DNA from: Paecilomyces variotii
Lineage: Eukaryota
NCBI GenBank assembly: GCA_004022145.1
Contig: RCNU01000007.1
Direction: 5' to 3' (one strand)
Length of the DNA stretch: 64,000 bases
The notes beneath the pieces were generated by a model. The model had not been told where the DNA came from, did no database searches, and was given only the letters and a program-made list of their open reading frames with translations. Position 1 is the first letter of the stretch. Each line of letters opens with the position of its first letter. The position numbers and the translations under genes are program-made. Positions 26,407-37,201 of this stretch are shown here, piece by piece.

Positions 26407-27022
26407 ATATCTAATACCATATGAAGAAGAGCTGGGTCTATAGGCGTTGGATGTTGGTGCAATCTACGGCGTGAATTAGCGGGCTATGTGTATATTCAGC
26501 GGTGATATAATATAAGTATGCGACGATAGCCTCTTGAGTGTACCATGTAGTAGCGTGGCTCATCTCTGTTTCCCATGAATATGAAACTATTTCAATAATC
26601 CCCAGGAATCAGAAACCACCATTGTAGGTCAAGCAGTATCAGCGTTCTTAGTTACCTTTTAGCGCCCCCTTGCTCGGCACTGCCGACGAACCCCAAAGCT
26701 TGCCGTCACTCATTCCAGCCTCTCTCGCTGTCATCGAAGCTGCCTGGCACCGCGTTCCATGCGTCCAATATCGGTCTGGACGGTTGGAGAATCTGCTCCA
26801 TCATCCGCATTCTTCCTGCTTGCAGCATTGATCTGTTATCGCGCAGCTGGTGGTTAGGTTGAGCTCCAGCTCGCGGCGTCGTTATTCCAAGGCATCTATC
26901 TCCACCCGTGACGCCAACAACAAGCTCTCTATCTCTCTATCTCCCTCGCCTTCCTGCGATCCTGCCCTCGCACGATCGCAATCCTCTCCAGCCAGCTACA
27001 CTCGTCTCTTTTCTTTTCCCAA

Positions 27023-29517
27023 ATGTCCTTATTCGGGACATCCCCGGAGGAGTCTTCCCCCGGTAATTCCGTGCTCCGATCGAAATCCTCCCTGTTTGCT
27101 GACGACGCGGGCTTCGGCGCGGGGTCCGGATCGTCTCTCTTCGCTGATGACGCCGGCGACGATTCGCCCTGGAGCAACAATACCATCCCCAAACGAGCGG
27201 CGCGGCGGGACCTGGTGAAGACGCTGCTGCCGGCGACGGATGTGCCGGAGAGCTATATCGATGCCTACGATCTCATCCTGAATTCGGGGCCCAGGGTCGG
27301 TGCCGGCGTGGGCCTGACGGGCGTAAGGGAGATATTGGCCAGCAGCGGGCTGAATGCGACGGATCAGGCGCGCATTTTGAATCTCGTCGTGCCGGGGGAG
27401 CAGGAGAATGAGAATGGGTTGGAGCGCAACGAATTCAACGTTCTGTTGGCGTTGGTGGGATTGGCTCAGGAAGGGGAGGATATTACGTTGGATTCGGTGG
27501 ATGAGCGGAGAAACAGTATGTTTTTCGATTTATTAATTTACTCCTCTTTTGGATTCTGTCGCGTGGCTATTTCTTTCTTTATCTATTTGGGGGAGGAGTT
27601 ACAGACTAACTCCGTGATGCTACAGAGCTGCCGCAACCCAAAATCACTTATCTTGATCGGTTGAGAGATCAAGGCGATCATAACAATCAGTCCCAGCCGA
27701 CTCCACAGCGAGTGATCGCTCCGCAGGAGCCAGGTTCCTCTCGTTCTCAACGTCCGCGGGGGCCTTCTCTAGGAGGCCTGGAATCTGATCCCTGGGGTAG
27801 CCCAGATCTGCACCGGAATCATAATCATGCTCAGGGGAGTGAGAATGCGCCGGCAGTGAACGGTTACGGGAGCTTGCGGTCCGCTGGCGATCGCTGGGTG
27901 AACCAGGGAGCGGGTTACAATGATCAGACGGGGTCTACAAATGGTGCTGGAGTGAACGGTCAAGCAGATACTGCGCCTCCCAGCACCTCGGGATCCAGCT
28001 GGGGAGGTGCAGGCGATGGCTTCCCTCATCCTGAACAATCGGGACTGGGCGAGTTCGGTCAACTGGGAGATGAACAAGGAGGATCAAACCCTCCGCGACG
28101 GTCAATTGGGGGAGGTCGCGTGAAAGGGACTGGACCGGAGGAAGTGATCACAGTTACTCTGCTCCCAGAGAAAGAAGGCCTGTTCATGTTCCAGCACCGG
28201 AATTACGAGGTCAAGTCGGCACGGAGAGGAAGCTCTGTGGTGCGGAGATACAGTGATTTTGTCTGGCTTCTGGATTGTTTGCACAAGCGGTATCCGTTTC
28301 GCCAGCTTCCCCTTCTTCCTCCTAAGAGAGTTGCAGGTACGTTCAAGGCTTGCGGAAGCTCCACCTACTCTTTTGCTCACTTCTTTGGTTCTAAATAAAA
28401 GTCAATGGGACTCACCTTGCAGCGGATTCATCCTCCTTCCTTGAGAAACGCCGTCGGGGACTCGTCCGCTTCGCAAACGCCCTCGTCCGTCATCCGGTGC
28501 TCAGCCAGGAGCAATTGGTGGTTATGTTTTTGACGGTTCCTACAGTAGGTTTCTCCGATCAGGATATTATCTAGTCTACCGTCTAATATAGATTTACCTC
28601 TAGGAACTGTCCGTCTGGCGCAAGCAGGCGACCATTTCCGTGCAGGACGAGTTTGCCGGCAAGGCTCTTCCACCCGACTTGGAGGACTCGCTGCCTCCCA
28701 ACCTGACGGAATTGTTCGACACCGTGCGAGCAGGCGTCAAGCGATCGGCGGAAATCTATATCAACCTTTGCACCTTACTTGAGCGTCTCGCGAAGCGCAA
28801 TGAGGGGCTCGCGGCGGATCATCTCCGCTTTTCGCTGGCGTTGCAGTCCTTGACTGAAGTGACGAAAGACACTTATGCTGTCGACACGGACGATGTCCCG
28901 CTGCTGAATGAAGGAATCAGCGCTACCGCCAGACACCTGTCCGCAAGTCAGACTTTGCTAGAAGATGAGGCCAAAGCCTGGCACGACGGTGTTCTGGAGG
29001 ACCTGAAGCGACAACGGGACTGTCTAGTCAGCATGCGCGAATTGTTCGATCGTCGAGACCGATATGCCCGCGACAACATCCCTCAGCTGGAGCGGCGTAT
29101 CCAAAACAACGAGCGGAAACTGCAGGATTTGCGAAATCGGCCAACAGAGCGACAGGGGAAGCCAGGAGAATTGGAAAAGATTGAGGACGCAATCTTCAAG
29201 GTCAGTAGCTTCTTTTTCTCTTTCTTTTTTTGCGGAAATTATACCCTATTTTTTTCTTGCGACAATTCTTTCGGGTCCAATTGCTAACGCCATGTCCGGT
29301 ATTGCAGGATAAGGAATCGATTGTGCAACAGCATGCGCGCGGGGTGTTTATCAAGGAGTGCATCCGGGACGAGCTCATCTACTTCCAGTCGAGCCAGTAC
29401 CATATCAGCCATCTGCATCAGGACTGGAGCCAGGAGCGAGTCAAGTACGCGGAGCTGCAGGCGGACAACTGGCGGACGCTGGGCGAGGAAGTCGACAGCA
29501 TGCCCACGGGGGAGTGA
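27023..29517 (+). CDS. MVP1: Sorting nexin Mvp1 (PX-BAR)
   Basis: Exons 27023-27515, 27626-28336, 28402-28544, 28604-29200, 29308-29517. PX motifs [31 protein letters not shown] and FLEKRRRGL. Helical BAR C-terminus. Confidence 0.92.
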
Positions 29518-31333
29518 AGCTGTCTGATTGCATAGCTTGTTGCTTTTTTTTGTCTTCTCTCGCTCGTTCATTATATCTCTGCCCTCTCGTGGTTCCATTG
29601 ACATACCCCCCCATGCATCATCGTCATCATCGCCATCATCATCATATCTACTCTGCGTCTGTTCTCCCGCGTTGATATTTGCTTTTTGTGCCCCTGAATG
29701 GAACCCCACGTTCTGTGTAACCATTTCCCCCGTGTTGTCTGGCCTATCCGGGGCATCTTTTGTTCTCTTTTTCCTATTCGCCGCCTTCCTGTACGATTTG
29801 CAGCGGTCAGCAACGAGTGCACATGACGACGATACCTCGTGTTCCCCGTTTTCTTTTCTTTTCTTTTTCTTTTTCTTTTTTCTTTTTTGCTTTGGAGGTT
29901 AACTAGTTCGAATGGTGATACATACGCCCATCCCCCGTATTATTTCCGGCTGCTTTCTTGCCCAAAGTGCTGGCTCACCGTCTCGCGCTGCCGATCCGGC
30001 CGCCTCGTTGGAGTAGATAGACAGGGGGCCGCAGGTTGATGCGGCGTCGGGGCCACGCGAGCAGATGCTTGATTCGACTCGTTATTTGAGTGGGCGTCGC
30101 CCTGTGCAGGTGCTCATTTGCTTGATTAGTTCGTTGCCTTGGTCCATCTGGGGTCGGAGAGCCGCCGTCAGGAACGCGTAGAGGACATTGCTCTGGATGC
30201 TAGTTACGACTGGTGGAGGCAGTTAGTTTCTGATCTCCGCACGACTAGATATGTATGGTATGGTATATCTATCTGCTATCATTTCTTCTCCACCGGTGAG
30301 GCGAGTAGAGTATACTGGCCCTTGCCATACGTACGGAGGAATATAATCGACAGTACCTAGTAACCGCAACTGATGTTCTGGAAAATCGAATTCATTTCGC
30401 TAATATCCCACTCTCTGGATCGATGATTCCCCAAGAATGGTAACTACGATACTATTCCAGTATCTTCTCCCTAGATACATAGAATCATAGATAGTCGAGC
30501 TTCTCTACTGGCCGCTTCGGCATGTTCCCGGTGGCGTCGATCTCCGGTTTTAGTCTCGTTTAGCCTCATCCACTTGTCGATTCTCGGTCTAGGGAATGTT
30601 GGAACTTATACGGAGTATGTACTAGTAGTATCTTAGGTGAGCCGTAGGAAGAACAAGTGGAGTTCTCTCACCGTTTTCTTTCTCCCTCTCGTGATCCATG
30701 ATTCATCTCGTGGGTCTTAACTAGACTAACTAACTAACTAGACTCGACTAAGCTGGATGGATCATGGAACGGAGGATTTCTTAGCAGCGCATCGTGGCAG
30801 AGGCTGATAATGACGGCAGCGGCGTTGGAGTAGTCACTTCGTATGTATTTTGGTATGTATTGGTTAAAGTCTTGATGTTGGGATATGCTGGGTTATAATA
30901 GTAATGATGATAATTGCTTTTTTATCAAAGAGAGCAACTTCTGTAGATAGACATCTGGATTGCGGGGAAGAATATTCTATTTTCTTTCATTCTTTCTTTC
31001 TATATTTCTCTTTCTTGTTTCTTCCTGTTCCTATTCTTCCCGGTCGATAAACTCTGGCTTCATCTCGCCAAGGGCTCGGCAGCGGAGATTTACTCGTCAA
31101 CGTGGTTTTTTTTTTCTCGTATTGTTAAACGAGCTGGCTGTGAGAGATAGATAGATAATTATTAACTAATTAATTCCCTAGAGCAGATGCGGAGAGAAAA
31201 AGTAAGCAATTAATTAATTAATTAATCAATCAACTAATAATTCTGTCAAGACTTTCTTCCTGCTCTCACTTCCGCCCGCGGCGATCGAGATCCGCGTCTC
31301 TGGGCCAATTGACCTGACCTGACGCTCTTCTTC

Positions 31334-31337
<4 letters not shown>

Positions 31338-31371
<34 letters not shown>
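31338..31371 (+). repeat. (CT)n microsatellite / CT box near the probable NHA1 transcription start
   Basis: About 16 CT units followed by a pyrimidine-rich leader. Confidence 0.85.
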
Positions 31372-31374
<3 letters not shown>

Positions 31375-31616
31375 TACTCAACTGCTGCTCACTCGCAGTC
31401 TTCTTTCTTCTCTCTTTTTTTCTTTTCCCCTCTCCCTTCCCTATCTTGGAAATCCGTCGCGCACACAGACCTTCGTGCACTTATCGCTCCCCGCACGACC
31501 GTCCCCAACTCGCGCCACCCAACCATCTTTAACCCAGCCCGACTCCCCCTCAGGAAAGCCGTCCATGCATCGGAGGGAGAGCCGGGCATCAATCCGCTAA
31601 AGCTTCGTCTCGCGAC

Positions 31617-31833
31617 GTGAGTCCGTGTGGGAACAAAATCAAGAGGAGGACTTGCAGACACGCCGGAAGGAGCTAGCTCTGCGGTCGTTTCTCCCCCGTT
31701 GGGAGATCAAGAGGAGGAAAGGACGTCGAACGGTCGACGAGAGGAAAGAGTTTCGTCGCTGCGAAAAGAAGAGAAGGATTTTTGCGATTTGGAGATTCGG
31801 GGGAGGGTTTGGAGATTTGAAGCTTCATCACAG
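31617..31833 (+). other. Probable 5'-UTR intron of NHA1
   Basis: GTGAGT donor at 31617. CAG acceptor at 31831-31833, 22 nt before the CACCATGG start. Branch site not clearly canonical. Confidence 0.5.
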
Positions 31834-31855
31834 GGCCAGATCACAGCAAATCACC

Positions 31856-34800
31856 ATGGCCTGGGAGCATCTGTCGATCGATAAGCCGCATGTGGCCTAC
31901 ATCATCCTCGGAGGCTTCACCTCCCTGTTCATGCTGTGCTCGCTGTTTGTCAAGGAGAAGCTCTACATTGGCGAAGCAACGGTCGCCACGCTCTGTGGGA
32001 TCATCTTCGGTCCCCATGCCGCCAACCTCTTCGATCCCGCGTCCTGGGGCAATGTCGACAAGATCACCCTCGAGTGCTCCCGCATCGTCCTGGTCGTCCA
32101 ATGTTTCGCCGTCGGAGTCGAGTTGCCCAAGGCCTACATGGAGCGCCACTGGCGCTCCGTCGTCCTGCTGCTGCTCCCCGTCATGACCTGGGGCTGGTTC
32201 GCGACCAGTCTCTTCATCTGGTGGATGATACCGCCGCTCAACTGGTTGGAGAGCCTGGCCTGCGCCGCCTGCGTGACGGCCACCGATCCCGTGTTGGCTT
32301 CGTCAGTCGTGGGAAAAGGGAAATTCGCCAAACGAGTGCCCAAGCATCTACGCGATCTGCTGTCTGCCGAATCGGGCTGCAACGATGGCATGGCCTTTCC
32401 GTTCATCTACCTATCCGTCTACCTCATCAAGTTCCACCGGAACGCCGGCGAAGTCACGATGCACTGGATCTGCGTGACCATCCTCTACGAATGTATCTTC
32501 GGTGCTGTCTACGGCTTCATTATCGGTTACATCGCGCGACATGCCATCAAGTTCGCAGAGCGCAACAACCTCATCGACCGGGAGAGTTTCCTGGTGTTCT
32601 ACTTCGTGCTGGCGCTCTTCTGTGCAGGTACCGGCAGTCTGCTGGGCATGGACGATCTCCTGATCGGTTTCGCCGCCGGCGTCGGCTTCAGTAACGACGG
32701 CTGGTTCACCGCGAAGACCGAGGAGGCACACGTCTCCAACGTTATTGATCTACTGCTCAACTTGGCCTACTTTGTTTACTTTGGTTCCATTGTGCCGTGG
32801 GAGTACTACAACGCCCCCGAACTCGGCGTGGTCCCATGGAGGCTGGTCGTCATTGCCATCTTCGTCATTCTGTTCCGTCGGATCCCCGCCATGCTGATGC
32901 TCAAACCGCTCATCCCAGATATAAAGACCTGGCGCGAGGCCTTATTCGCGGGCCATTTCGGTCCCATCGGTGTCGGTGCCGTCTTCGCCGCCATTCTGGC
33001 CCGTTCAGAGCTGGAGGGCGCGGAGGGCGAGCCGCTGCCCCAGAAGGATCTGCCTCATCCCGGCGCGTCGAACTACTATGTCGTGCAGCTGATTTGGCCT
33101 ATTACCAGCTTCCTGATCATCTCGTCCATCCTGGTGCATGGTTCGTCCATCGCCGTTTTCACCCTGGGAAAGCGCATCAACACCTTGACCATCACCATGT
33201 CCTACACCACCGCCAACGATGAGGGGCCATCTTGGATGAACCGCCTGCCCCGCGTCCAGTCGATGAGCAAAAGCTCCATGTCACTGCGGAAGGCGGACTC
33301 GACTGAAGTGTCCGGGGATGAGAAGGAGCCCGAATATCCTCCTGGCACCCTGCCGCCTATCGGTTTCCCTGGTAACTTCCTCCGCCGTGTTCGCGAGGAA
33401 GACCAAGACTCAGAGGCTCGTATGGCCAATCTGCGGCCATTGAGACGGAGAAAGCGCAGAAAACGCACGACTGCCGGCGGCCCTATCAGTGACACTGCAA
33501 TTGCGCCTCGGAGACGACCGGAGAACGACGATACCGAGACTGAGGAGCAGCCGGAGGGAGAGAATGGACGCGAATCAGAAGAAGAGGAAGAAGATGGAGT
33601 CCGTCGGCAGGAGAAGGAGGAACGTGATAATATCGAGCGGGAAAGCTCTCCTCCCGGAAGGGAACGGGACAGGTTCGGACGGGAACCGGAGATGGAGGTC
33701 TACCAGGAAGGCTCCAAGATGCTGCTCGAGGACGAGGAAGGAAATGTTCTGAGGACAGAGGATGTTAGCCATGAATCCCCTCAGCAGCAGCGGCAGGCCA
33801 TCCTAGAGGAACATAAGAAGCTCCAGCAAGACAAGTCTGGTGAGTATTCCAAGGCCAGAGGTCAGCCGCATGAAAAGACAGAAGGCGAAGAAATCGAGGA
33901 GAAGGTGGCCGAAGAGACTGGCCACCCATATGAGAAAATCAAGAAGCGCCTCCTCCCTTGGGTTGGCCGCGACAAGGGGGAGAAGAAGAAGAAGGAGGAG
34001 GAGGAGGAGGAGAAGAAGAAGAAGGAGAAGGATGAGGATGTCGCGCGCAAGACCAAACGCAAAGAAGAAAAGGCACCGGCGGGTCGCCGCTCCGGTCATG
34101 CCTATCAATTTGGTAACACTATCATCGTTGAAGATGAGGATGGAGAAGTTATCAGGAAGTACACAATTCCAGCCGGCGACAAGAGGAAAAAGAAGGAGGA
34201 ACAAACACCGGCTGGTACTGCCGAGGGCCCTGTGAAACGGGGCCTGACCCGGATGGGAACGTGGCTCGCCGAAAAGGAGGGTGGCGAGTCTTCGAAAGAC
34301 GCGCAAAGGAAGGCCAAGAAGCAAGAGGAAGAAGATGACACCCGACTCCGCTTCACGCTGGCCAACGATGATCAGGTTGAGGAGAAAGGTATCGACCACA
34401 AGGGCCGTCGCATGACCAAGGAGGACTTCATCAAGCAGATCCAGAGACTGGACCCGAAGGCTCGTCACGAGATCGTCCAGGATAGCGATGCGCCCGACCA
34501 TGTCAAGAAGGCAGCCCGCAGGGATGCGCATGTGGATATGCGAAAGCGCCGCGACAGTGAAAGTCGGAGTCCTGAAAAGCAACCAGCCCGTGGCCCTATG
34601 AAAGAGGAAGCAACACAGATCCCCGAAGATTACGAGAGCGGCGATGAGTCTGGCGAGAGCGTGCTCACTGACGAAGAATCGGATGAACCGAGCCCCCCAG
34701 CAACCGACGTGATGGCCTCGTTAGCCAAATACTCGCGCGGTTCAGCCGCGCACGCCCGCCGACGTGTCTTCACTGGTGATGAGTCTTCTTCCTCTTCTCC

Positions 34801-35305
34801 ATCTATCTCCGGACGTCGACGACGCGATTCCGAAGACGATGGAACCGCGCGTGTCCCGCCGGCTCAGCGACGACTGGCTGCTGGCTTACCTCCAGCGGCT
34901 GCTCCTCGTCCAGAGGACGTCGAAGACAACGGGGAGACTCCCGCAGAGCGCAAGCGTCGTCTTGCTGCGTTGGGTGAGATCCACGATCCTGCGGACGATG
35001 TTGAGGAGGAAATCGACAGCGAAGACAACGGCGGCTTCCGCAAGGTCAAGGGCAAGGTCCAGTTTGCCGATGGTACTCGGCCTTCTCGCCGAAAGGAGGG
35101 CGCTGGCACGGCGGACTTGAGAATCAGTTCTAGCCCTAGTCCCCATGCCACGGCCTCTGGTGCCCTCAGTGATGACAACGGCAGCCCAGATAGTAGCAGC
35201 AACGGTAATGGTGATAGCAGCAATGGCTCGCCATCGTCACCTCGGCCCAGTCATCAACGACACCGTCCACGTGTGTCGTGGGGAGGTGAAATGGGTCGAG
35301 AATAA
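31856..35305 (+). CDS. NHA1: Plasma-membrane Na+(K+)/H+ antiporter Nha1 (CPA1 family) with long hydrophilic C-tail
   Basis: Start MAWEHLSIDKPH in CACCATGG context. Motifs ATDPVLAS, ESGCNDG, DDLL, RRIP and GHFGPIGVGA. Many hydrophobic segments then a long charged tail. Confidence 0.93.
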   Translation: MAWEHLSIDKPHVAYIILGGFTSLFMLCSLFVKEKLYIGEATVATLCGIIFGPHAANLFDPASWGNVDKITLECSRIVLVVQCFAVGVELPKAYMERHWRSVVLLLLPVMTWGWFATSLFIWWMIPPLNWLESLACAACVTATDPVLASSVVGKGKFAKRVPKHLRDLLSAESGCNDGMAFPFIYLSVYLIKFHRNAGEVTMHWICVTILYECIFGAVYGFIIGYIARHAIKFAERNNLIDRESFLVFYFVLALFCAGTGSLLGMDDLLIGFAAGVGFSNDGWFTAKTEEAHVSNVIDLLLNLAYFVYFGSIVPWEYYNAPELGVVPWRLVVIAIFVILFRRIPAMLMLKPLIPDIKTWREALFAGHFGPIGVGAVFAAILARSELEGAEGEPLPQKDLPHPGASNYYVVQLIWPITSFLIISSILVHGSSIAVFTLGKRINTLTITMSYTTANDEGPSWMNRLPRVQSMSKSSMSLRKADSTEVSGDEKEPEYPPGTLPPIGFPGNFLRRVREEDQDSEARMANLRPLRRRKRRKRTTAGGPISDTAIAPRRRPENDDTETEEQPEGENGRESEEEEEDGVRRQEKEERDNIERESSPPGRERDRFGREPEMEVYQEGSKMLLEDEEGNVLRTEDVSHESPQQQRQAILEEHKKLQQDKSGEYSKARGQPHEKTEGEEIEEKVAEETGHPYEKIKKRLLPWVGRDKGEKKKKEEEEEEKKKKEKDEDVARKTKRKEEKAPAGRRSGHAYQFGNTIIVEDEDGEVIRKYTIPAGDKRKKKEEQTPAGTAEGPVKRGLTRMGTWLAEKEGGESSKDAQRKAKKQEEEDDTRLRFTLANDDQVEEKGIDHKGRRMTKEDFIKQIQRLDPKARHEIVQDSDAPDHVKKAARRDAHVDMRKRRDSESRSPEKQPARGPMKEEATQIPEDYESGDESGESVLTDEESDEPSPPATDVMASLAKYSRGSAAHARRRVFTGDESSSSSPSISGRRRRDSEDDGTARVPPAQRRLAAGLPPAAAPRPEDVEDNGETPAERKRRLAALGEIHDPADDVEEEIDSEDNGGFRKVKGKVQFADGTRPSRRKEGAGTADLRISSSPSPHATASGALSDDNGSPDSSSNGNGDSSNGSPSSPRPSHQRHRPRVSWGGEMGRE

Positions 35306-36430
35306 GCCTGGTCTCCCTTCTTTCAGCATTTTCAGAATCCATCAGATCTGTTAGGACGTCTAATGGGAGACCATCTTGCCATAAAGCAACGCCAGCTTGT
35401 CCGGTCAGGCTCTCACCTGGTTGTGTTGTCCAACCCCTCCTGTATAGTACAGAAGAACACGAAAGAAGAAGATAGGAAGAAGGAAAAGCCCAAAGTCAAT
35501 CAACCAATCAAACTGGGTCAAAGGGGGAACTAAAAAGCAACCACGGCCAGATATCTAATCAGATCGCTATTGCTCTCATCCATCTCCGCATATTCGCACG
35601 TCTAACTGGGCTAGGCTGGGCTGGACTGGATCGGATTGTTACGCTCTGCGCTGGTTCTTGTATCACATCATCGGCGCTTCTCGCTTTTCTCCAGTCGGAG
35701 AGTTGATTGGATTGGATTCGATTCGATTCGCAGTACATACATACCGTCCAAACGATTAGAGTACATAAATACCCTTGGCTTTTTGCTCCTACCTCAGAAT
35801 GTTAGGATTCTGCACCTTTTCTCTCGTCTCGAGAGAGGAAGATCCTATATGTTCCGAGTACGCATTCTTGTTTTCCTTGTTAAGTTTGGCTTCATATTGT
35901 TTGTTACGGCTATCAATGCTTGCTAGTCCTTTTTCTTTTATCTGTCTTGTTTTCTATTTTGTTTTGAATTACTAAGATGATACCTCGTCTTGCTTTTTTG
36001 CTACTGTCTCTGGTCGAATTGAGTTGCATTCATGTGTTCCACGTGTGATGGTGCGATGTACCATTGATGTGCATGATACTTGTACTGGTTTCTCTCCCTC
36101 GCCTAGTTACTTACTTCCTGCTGTTGGTTTTTGACCGTGTGTATGAGAGAAAGAGCAATGGTCTGGTCTTATGCGTCTGTATATTGTGTAATGTGCATAG
36201 ATGTTCTGAATAGCCGCCGATCAATGATGAAAAGGTAGTTATGAGATTTGATTTGCGGCTTATAGTTATTGATTTCTCTATAGTTAACTATTGATTTGAT
36301 TTATAAGGATAGAGAGCGTAGTAACTAGAAGTAAAGTACTAAGCAGTCTTGAGTAATAAAATAAGAAGCCGGAACTTCAGCTCACCTATATATAGCGTGA
36401 TTTCTAACTATGGTAATATAATATTAAGTA

Positions 36431-36431
<1 letters not shown>

Positions 36432-36481
<50 letters not shown>
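36432..36481 (+). repeat. (TATC)n microsatellite within an AT-rich tract
   Basis: About 9-11 TATC units. Confidence 0.9.
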
Positions 36482-36742
36482 AATTACTTTCTAGGCTATT
36501 TGATTTACTAGTTAATATGTCTGGAACCTCTATGATAAAATAAAAACCTATTATTGTATCGCTTAATACCTAAACTTAAGCCCTAAGATTCCTAAGATCG
36601 CGCGTAAATATAATTATAGCATTCATTCTGAAGTTACATTAAACACTGCAAAAACGCATTGAAAACAATTACACAAGCTCATATATATAACTAGGACACT
36701 AAGTAAGTGGTTAATAAAATCTGTCGACTTGAACACCTTGAA

Positions 36743-36763
36743 TTGCTTGCTTGCTTGCTTGCT
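36743..36763 (+). repeat. (TTGC)5 microsatellite
   Basis: ttgcttgcttgcttgcttgc. Confidence 0.8.
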
Positions 36764-37201
36764 TCTAGCAATGGTGCAATATGATATTGTCCCGTGCCTG
36801 GTTCTCTAAGCGCGTTGTTTTCCTCTCATTATGTACGATGTAGTACTAACGTTCTTTACACGAGGCAAGAATGCAGACGGTAATTGTATATATGCAAAAC
36901 AGCGCAAGATCCGCAATAAGATCATTGCTCTTTCCAATTGTATACTTGGAGAATCGTGGTCCTCCTGGAATCATAACTGCCAAAAAAGTCCCCATCCCAT
37001 CATGACAATGACATGAGCAGAGGGGGAAAAACATCCAACATGATGACATAGCATAATACACAGACCCCCATATGGGCGGACGTAGACCGCATAATACAGA
37101 CCAGACGGAAAAAAAAATCATCTCAAAAAAAACAATGCCGTTCGCTCAAATGTAGAAGAACCCCCGAGAACTCCGGATCAGAAAAGGAGAGAAACACCGC
37201 C

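Noticed and set aside
30200-31080. PacC (GCCAAG) and Crz1-like (GAGGC) sites upstream of NHA1
   Set aside because: Biologically plausible, but only isolated short matches at about chance frequency.
31625-31855. 77-aa N-terminal extension of Nha1 in the ORF track
   Set aside because: It starts at GTG inside a probable 5'-UTR intron. The conserved start MAWEHL has a strong ATG context at 31856.
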